From Planctomycetota bacterium (GTDB taxonomy: Bacteria > Planctomycetota > UBA8108 > SXIK01): 64,000 nt of DNA. Both the position numbers and the translations under genes were made by a program. The stretch spans positions 1,760,001-1,824,000 of the forward strand of contig OZ244999.1 of assembly GCA_965223265.1 (NCBI GenBank), read 5' to 3'. Position 1 is the stretch's first letter; each line of letters starts with the position of its first letter. The notes beneath the pieces were generated by a model. That model did no database searches and was not told where the DNA came from. It saw only the letters and a program-made list of their open reading frames with translations. Shown here piece after piece: positions 60,275 through 64,000 of the stretch.

Positions 60275-61180
60275 TCACACACCGCGCGGTCTAAGAAAGT
60301 CCGGCGACTCCCACGCTGGATCTGGATAGGTATAGAAACCTTTTCCCGTTTTGATGCCAAGCTCACCACGTTCGATCTTGTCGAGGAGGATCTGCGGTGG
60401 CCTATCGGCTGGATCTCCCGATTCGTCGTAATAGACAAGCTCGATATCACGCACGACATCGAGACCGACGCGATCCATCATCGCGAACGGCCCCATCGAT
60501 GTCTCCATCTGGATCATCCACGTGCGATCGACGTCCTCGGGTGTGGTGACCCCTTGGTCGACCAGCCGCAGAGCCTCTTTTTTGACGGCGCGCCAGATGC
60601 AGTTGTAGGTGAAACCTGTGTTTTCCTTTTGCACGACGAATGGAATCATGCCGATCGATCGCATGAACTTCTGAACGATCTCGAGAGTCTCGTCGGAGGT
60701 CTTCGTCCCGCGCATGCATTCAACGAAGTTGTGCTTGTAAACCGGGTCGACGAAGTGAGTATTCACCACCTTGTCGCGCCGCGACACGGCGGACTCGATG
60801 CGCGCGATGCGAAGCGAGGAGCTGTTGGTCGCCAGGATGGCCGCCGGTGGGGCGGTCCCGTCGAGCGCATGGAAGAGACGCCGTTTCACCTCGAGGTCCT
60901 CTGTGACCGCTTCGATCGCTAGTTGAGCGTTCGCCGCGGCTTCGTCCAGTGACGTTGAGTAGCGCAAGCGCGCCAGGATTGCCTCCCGCTCGGACCTGGC
61001 GACAGCCTCGGCGGCGATCTGCAGCTCCAAGAGTTGTTCAATCGCACGCGGCGCCGCCTGAGCTGCCTCTCGTGAGATGTCGTGCATACAGACGGCGTAG
61101 CCGTGCACGGCGCATTGCAAACCGATCTGCCGCCCCATGTAGCCGCAGCCGGTGACGCAGACTTGGTTGACGTTGGTCAT
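60275..61180 (-). CDS. 3-hydroxyacyl-CoA dehydrogenase family protein
   Basis: GCGYMG, IEAVTEDL, ATNSSS, HF.DP, MGPFAMMDRVGLD and GIKTGKGFY. Confidence 0.93.
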   Translation of the reverse strand: MTNVNQVCVTGCGYMGRQIGLQCAVHGYAVCMHDISREAAQAAPRAIEQLLELQIAAEAVARSEREAILARLRYSTSLDEAAANAQLAIEAVTEDLEVKRRLFHALDGTAPPAAILATNSSSLRIARIESAVSRRDKVVNTHFVDPVYKHNFVECMRGTKTSDETLEIVQKFMRSIGMIPFVVQKENTGFTYNCIWRAVKKEALRLVDQGVTTPEDVDRTWMIQMETSMGPFAMMDRVGLDVVRDIELVYYDESGDPADRPPQILLDKIERGELGIKTGKGFYTYPDPAWESPDFLRPRGV

Positions 61181-61552
61181 GTTTCCATGGTGGCAGAGAA
61201 AGTGCGGCGAGAAGTGGTGTGGACACTACGATACAGCCGTGAAAGAGAGTGTTTGCTGGCGCAGATAAGTTTCGCCTCGTGTGAGCTTCGTCGGAACGAT
61301 TCGCAAGATGTGTTTGTCGTCATGAGCGAGCTTGGGGTCTCGAGGTTACGCATCGCAAGGAGAATACTCTGCATCGTGCAGCGTGTCGACCGTGCGGTCG
61401 TACCGCATGGTCGTTCGTATACATGGGAGAACACCACTCCTAACGCTCTTCGCCGCTGGGCTCGTCGCCTCGTTCACGCTCACAAGACTGGACGGCACAC
61501 AGGAGTGTGCCTGCTACTTTGGCCGGCCGCCCTTTCGCCGACTTGGTTTCCA

Positions 61553-61631
61553 TGCGCGTTGCGTTTGCGTCGGCGTGGGACGGGCGAGGTGAAGTCATCG
61601 CATGAAGCGCTTCTGTTTTGCAACGATGGCG
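61553..61631 (-). repeat. partial copy of MITE-like family B end
   Basis: The reverse complement CCATCGTTGCAAAACAGAAGCGCTTCA matches 1029-1055 at 25 of 27 nt; adjacent TTGCGT-type hexamers. Confidence 0.65.
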
Positions 61632-61923
61632 GCTCTCGTTGGTTCCTTCCGGGGAATCTGTGACACAGAACGAACAGCAGGCATGAACGAAACAAAAAGC
61701 TCCATCCGGTAGCCATTCGCGGCCCGTCTTTTTGAGCGGACCGTGAAATCCCATGACGATCCACACGACTACAGAGTGACGGACTTCTGACAGAGAAAGC
61801 GTATGGTAGCGGTCGTCGAAGTGGTCAGCGCCACGACTTTCGTGATTGCTACACCCACACGTTAGAGGTACACCGAAGTCGTTCGGCGGTCACGAACGCA
61901 AGCCGTAGCTGGAGGATGAGATC

Positions 61924-62460
61924 ATGACCGCAGCTGCTGAGTCGGAACCGCGCCGGTCGAGGCCTTGGCTCGACGCGACGTTAGGCTTCGTGGTTGGCGC
62001 CCTCGTTCTCGGCCTCATCGCGGCCGCCGTCTGGGGCGGACTCGCAGCGTACAACTTGGTGCAGGAGCGCAATCAGGAAACACTAGCCACCTCCAGACTC
62101 TGTGGTTTTGGCGCGACATTCACACCGGAGGCTGCTGTAGATCCGAACCATATTGCACGCCGCCTCCCGGGCATGCACGTCTTCAACCACGTTTACAAGA
62201 TTGATCTTTCCGCCAAGACTCGCGCCTCCCGGCGGCAGCGCCAAACAAGTCAGCTGACCGATCAAGATCTCGTGGACTTGAACGAGCTCCCGAGACTTCA
62301 AGAGCTGGACTTGGAAGATCGCCCGATCACCGATGCTGCGCTGGTTCACCTGCGAGGCCTTGCCTCGCTTCGATGGCTCAATCTTCGCGGTACGCGATTG
62401 ACCCCTCGGGGTGTCAGCGACCTTCAGAACGCCTTGCCGCTGTGCCAGATTCACTACTGA
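61924..62460 (+). CDS. membrane-anchored leucine-rich-repeat protein
   Basis: GGAGG RBS, TM helix, and LRR units LQELDLEDRPITDAALVHL and LRWLNLRGTRLT ending LQNALPLCQI. Confidence 0.85.
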   Translation: MTAAAESEPRRSRPWLDATLGFVVGALVLGLIAAAVWGGLAAYNLVQERNQETLATSRLCGFGATFTPEAAVDPNHIARRLPGMHVFNHVYKIDLSAKTRASRRQRQTSQLTDQDLVDLNELPRLQELDLEDRPITDAALVHLRGLASLRWLNLRGTRLTPRGVSDLQNALPLCQIHY

Positions 62461-62651
62461 GTCCCGCCATCGCGAGAGACTTCGCGACCGGGACGATCTT
62501 GTCCTCACAAACGAGTGGCGCCGAGATCGCGATGGCGTGTTCGCATGATCTTCGCTTGAAAGGTGGTCGAGTCGGGTGACAGAATCAAACGACTCAACTC
62601 CTCTGTGCGTGCACGCTCTTGTCGAACTCGTTGTCCGAATCGGTAACTCGC

Positions 62652-64000
62652 ATGTCCCAACGTCGCGCGGTCTTCCTGTGGGCGTGGTGTCTCTGTCTGC
62701 TGACCCCTTCCCTCGGCTTGGCTGGCGCGCCGACATCGTTCGCGGAGGTGTACTCGAGTTACACCGAAACCGTCCGACCGATTCTTGAGCGCTATTGTCT
62801 CAAGTGCCACAACGCCGACCAGTTCAAGGGGGACCTTGATCTCGAGCGGATGACTTCTCTCATGGAAATCCGCCGCGACCCGCGTGTTTGGCAGAACGTC
62901 GTCTTCATGCTCGAGAGCGGCGAGATGCCACCAAAGAAGAGTGCACAGCTCTCGGCGGAGGAGTCGAAGCGGCTGCGCGGCTGGATTGACGCCTATCTGA
63001 AGGCCGAGGCGTACGCGAACGCGGGCGATCCGGGCGCGGTCGTCCTGCGTCGTTTGAGTAACGTCGAATACAATCGCACGGTTCACGACCTAACCGGCGT
63101 CGACTTTCGGCCGGCCCACGAGTTTCCGGCTGATAGCGCCGCGGGGGAAGGCTTCACCAACACTGGCGAATCGCTCGTGATGTCGCCGGCGCTGATCGAC
63201 AAGTACCTGGCGGCGGCGCAGGACGTAGCCCGCCACGCTGTTCTCCTCCCTGACGGATTTCGTTTCTCAAAGGCGACGGCACGACGCGATCTCACCGATG
63301 AGGTCGTCGATCAGATCCGCGAGATCCATGCCCGCCACACGGAGGTCCTCGAGTTTCGAGATGAAGGCAACGTCACTCGCATCCGGTGGGGTCGCGTCGA
63401 TCTCCTGCCCTATGTTCGATCGCTGATTGAGCACCGCGAGCTCTTGCGGTCAAACGTAGCGGCGGTGGATCAGGTCGCCGCGAGCGCCGGGATCAACGCG
63501 CACTATCTCCACCAGCTTTCTCGGCTGCTGGTCGGTGAACGCGACTTGTCCGCCTTACTCGCGAGCGTGCAAGCTCGACTTCTCAGTGCGTCTCTGGCAG
63601 ACGCACCATCGATCGTCGAAGAAATCGAAACGTGGCAAAACCAGGTGTGGGAACTCAAGAACGTCGGCCAAATGTTCAATCAGGGGCAAGAGCCGGTCGA
63701 TCGACTGGCGTACGTCCAGGAGTTTCGCCTGCCTCTGCGTCCAAAGGAAGGGAGCGAAATCCTCTTGTCGCTCGCAGCAGGGGATGCCGGTGACGGCGGC
63801 GGCGACGACAAGACTAAGGGCGATGTCGTCGTCTGGGAAAACCCGCGTTTCGAGCGTCAGGGAATGCCGCCGCTCCTCCTCCGCGATCTGCGTCCCTTCC
63901 TGAAGCGTCTGGCCGTCTTTCGACATTTGACTCTCTCTTGCACGAAGGACTATCTCAACGCCGTGGCGGCCGCGGCGCGGGAGACGGACTATGACCTCGC
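62652..64000 (+). CDS. cytochrome c / DUF1587-DUF1592 family protein, partial; runs off the window end
   Basis: Not in the ORF track. MSQRRAVFLWAW... signal, CLKCH heme motif, AGDPGAVVLRRLSNVEY and DSAAGEGFTNTG; paralog of 10802-14293. Confidence 0.9.
   Translation, partial: MSQRRAVFLWAWCLCLLTPSLGLAGAPTSFAEVYSSYTETVRPILERYCLKCHNADQFKGDLDLERMTSLMEIRRDPRVWQNVVFMLESGEMPPKKSAQLSAEESKRLRGWIDAYLKAEAYANAGDPGAVVLRRLSNVEYNRTVHDLTGVDFRPAHEFPADSAAGEGFTNTGESLVMSPALIDKYLAAAQDVARHAVLLPDGFRFSKATARRDLTDEVVDQIREIHARHTEVLEFRDEGNVTRIRWGRVDLLPYVRSLIEHRELLRSNVAAVDQVAASAGINAHYLHQLSRLLVGERDLSALLASVQARLLSASLADAPSIVEEIETWQNQVWELKNVGQMFNQGQEPVDRLAYVQEFRLPLRPKEGSEILLSLAAGDAGDGGGDDKTKGDVVVWENPRFERQGMPPLLLRDLRPFLKRLAVFRHLTLSCTKDYLNAVAAAARETDYDL

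Noticed and set aside
1-64000. rRNA, tRNA, riboswitch, integrase, phage, retron/DGR or anti-phage defence genes
   Set aside because: No recognisable motifs by eye; a covariance-model search would be needed to exclude small RNAs.

Overview
High-GC bacterial DNA with a Planctomycetota-type gene content: DUF1592/DUF1552 and DUF1553/DUF1501 cytochrome-c pairs, DUF1080, Tat-exported enolase-superfamily enzymes and a dockerin protein. I found no rRNA, tRNA or CRISPR array. Four elements stand out. (1) A ~13.6 kb surface-glycan locus (15091-28718). Its Wzt ABC ATPase is fused to an HPr-kinase-like P-loop domain, and the locus also holds a free-standing paralog of that kinase, a PF14907-type nucleotidyltransferase, an AsnB-type amidotransferase, a degenerate sulfotransferase-GT4 fusion, two GT-A enzymes and an HTTM membrane protein. 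(2) One RHS polymorphic toxin gene of about 2138 aa (35650-46365), split by an IS1380 (ATCAC target duplication) and an IS66 (GAAGAGAG target duplication). Removing both elements restores a single frame that ends in a PT-TG linker and an 11-Cys, Ntox16-like tip, followed by a hairpin rather than an abutting immunity gene. (3) A 159-bp palindromic MITE family with YTAR target duplications; two copies sit on stop codons. (4) A second, microsatellite-filled MITE-like family, with one copy nested inside another at 1027-1556. All family assignments come from motif recognition by eye, not from database searches.
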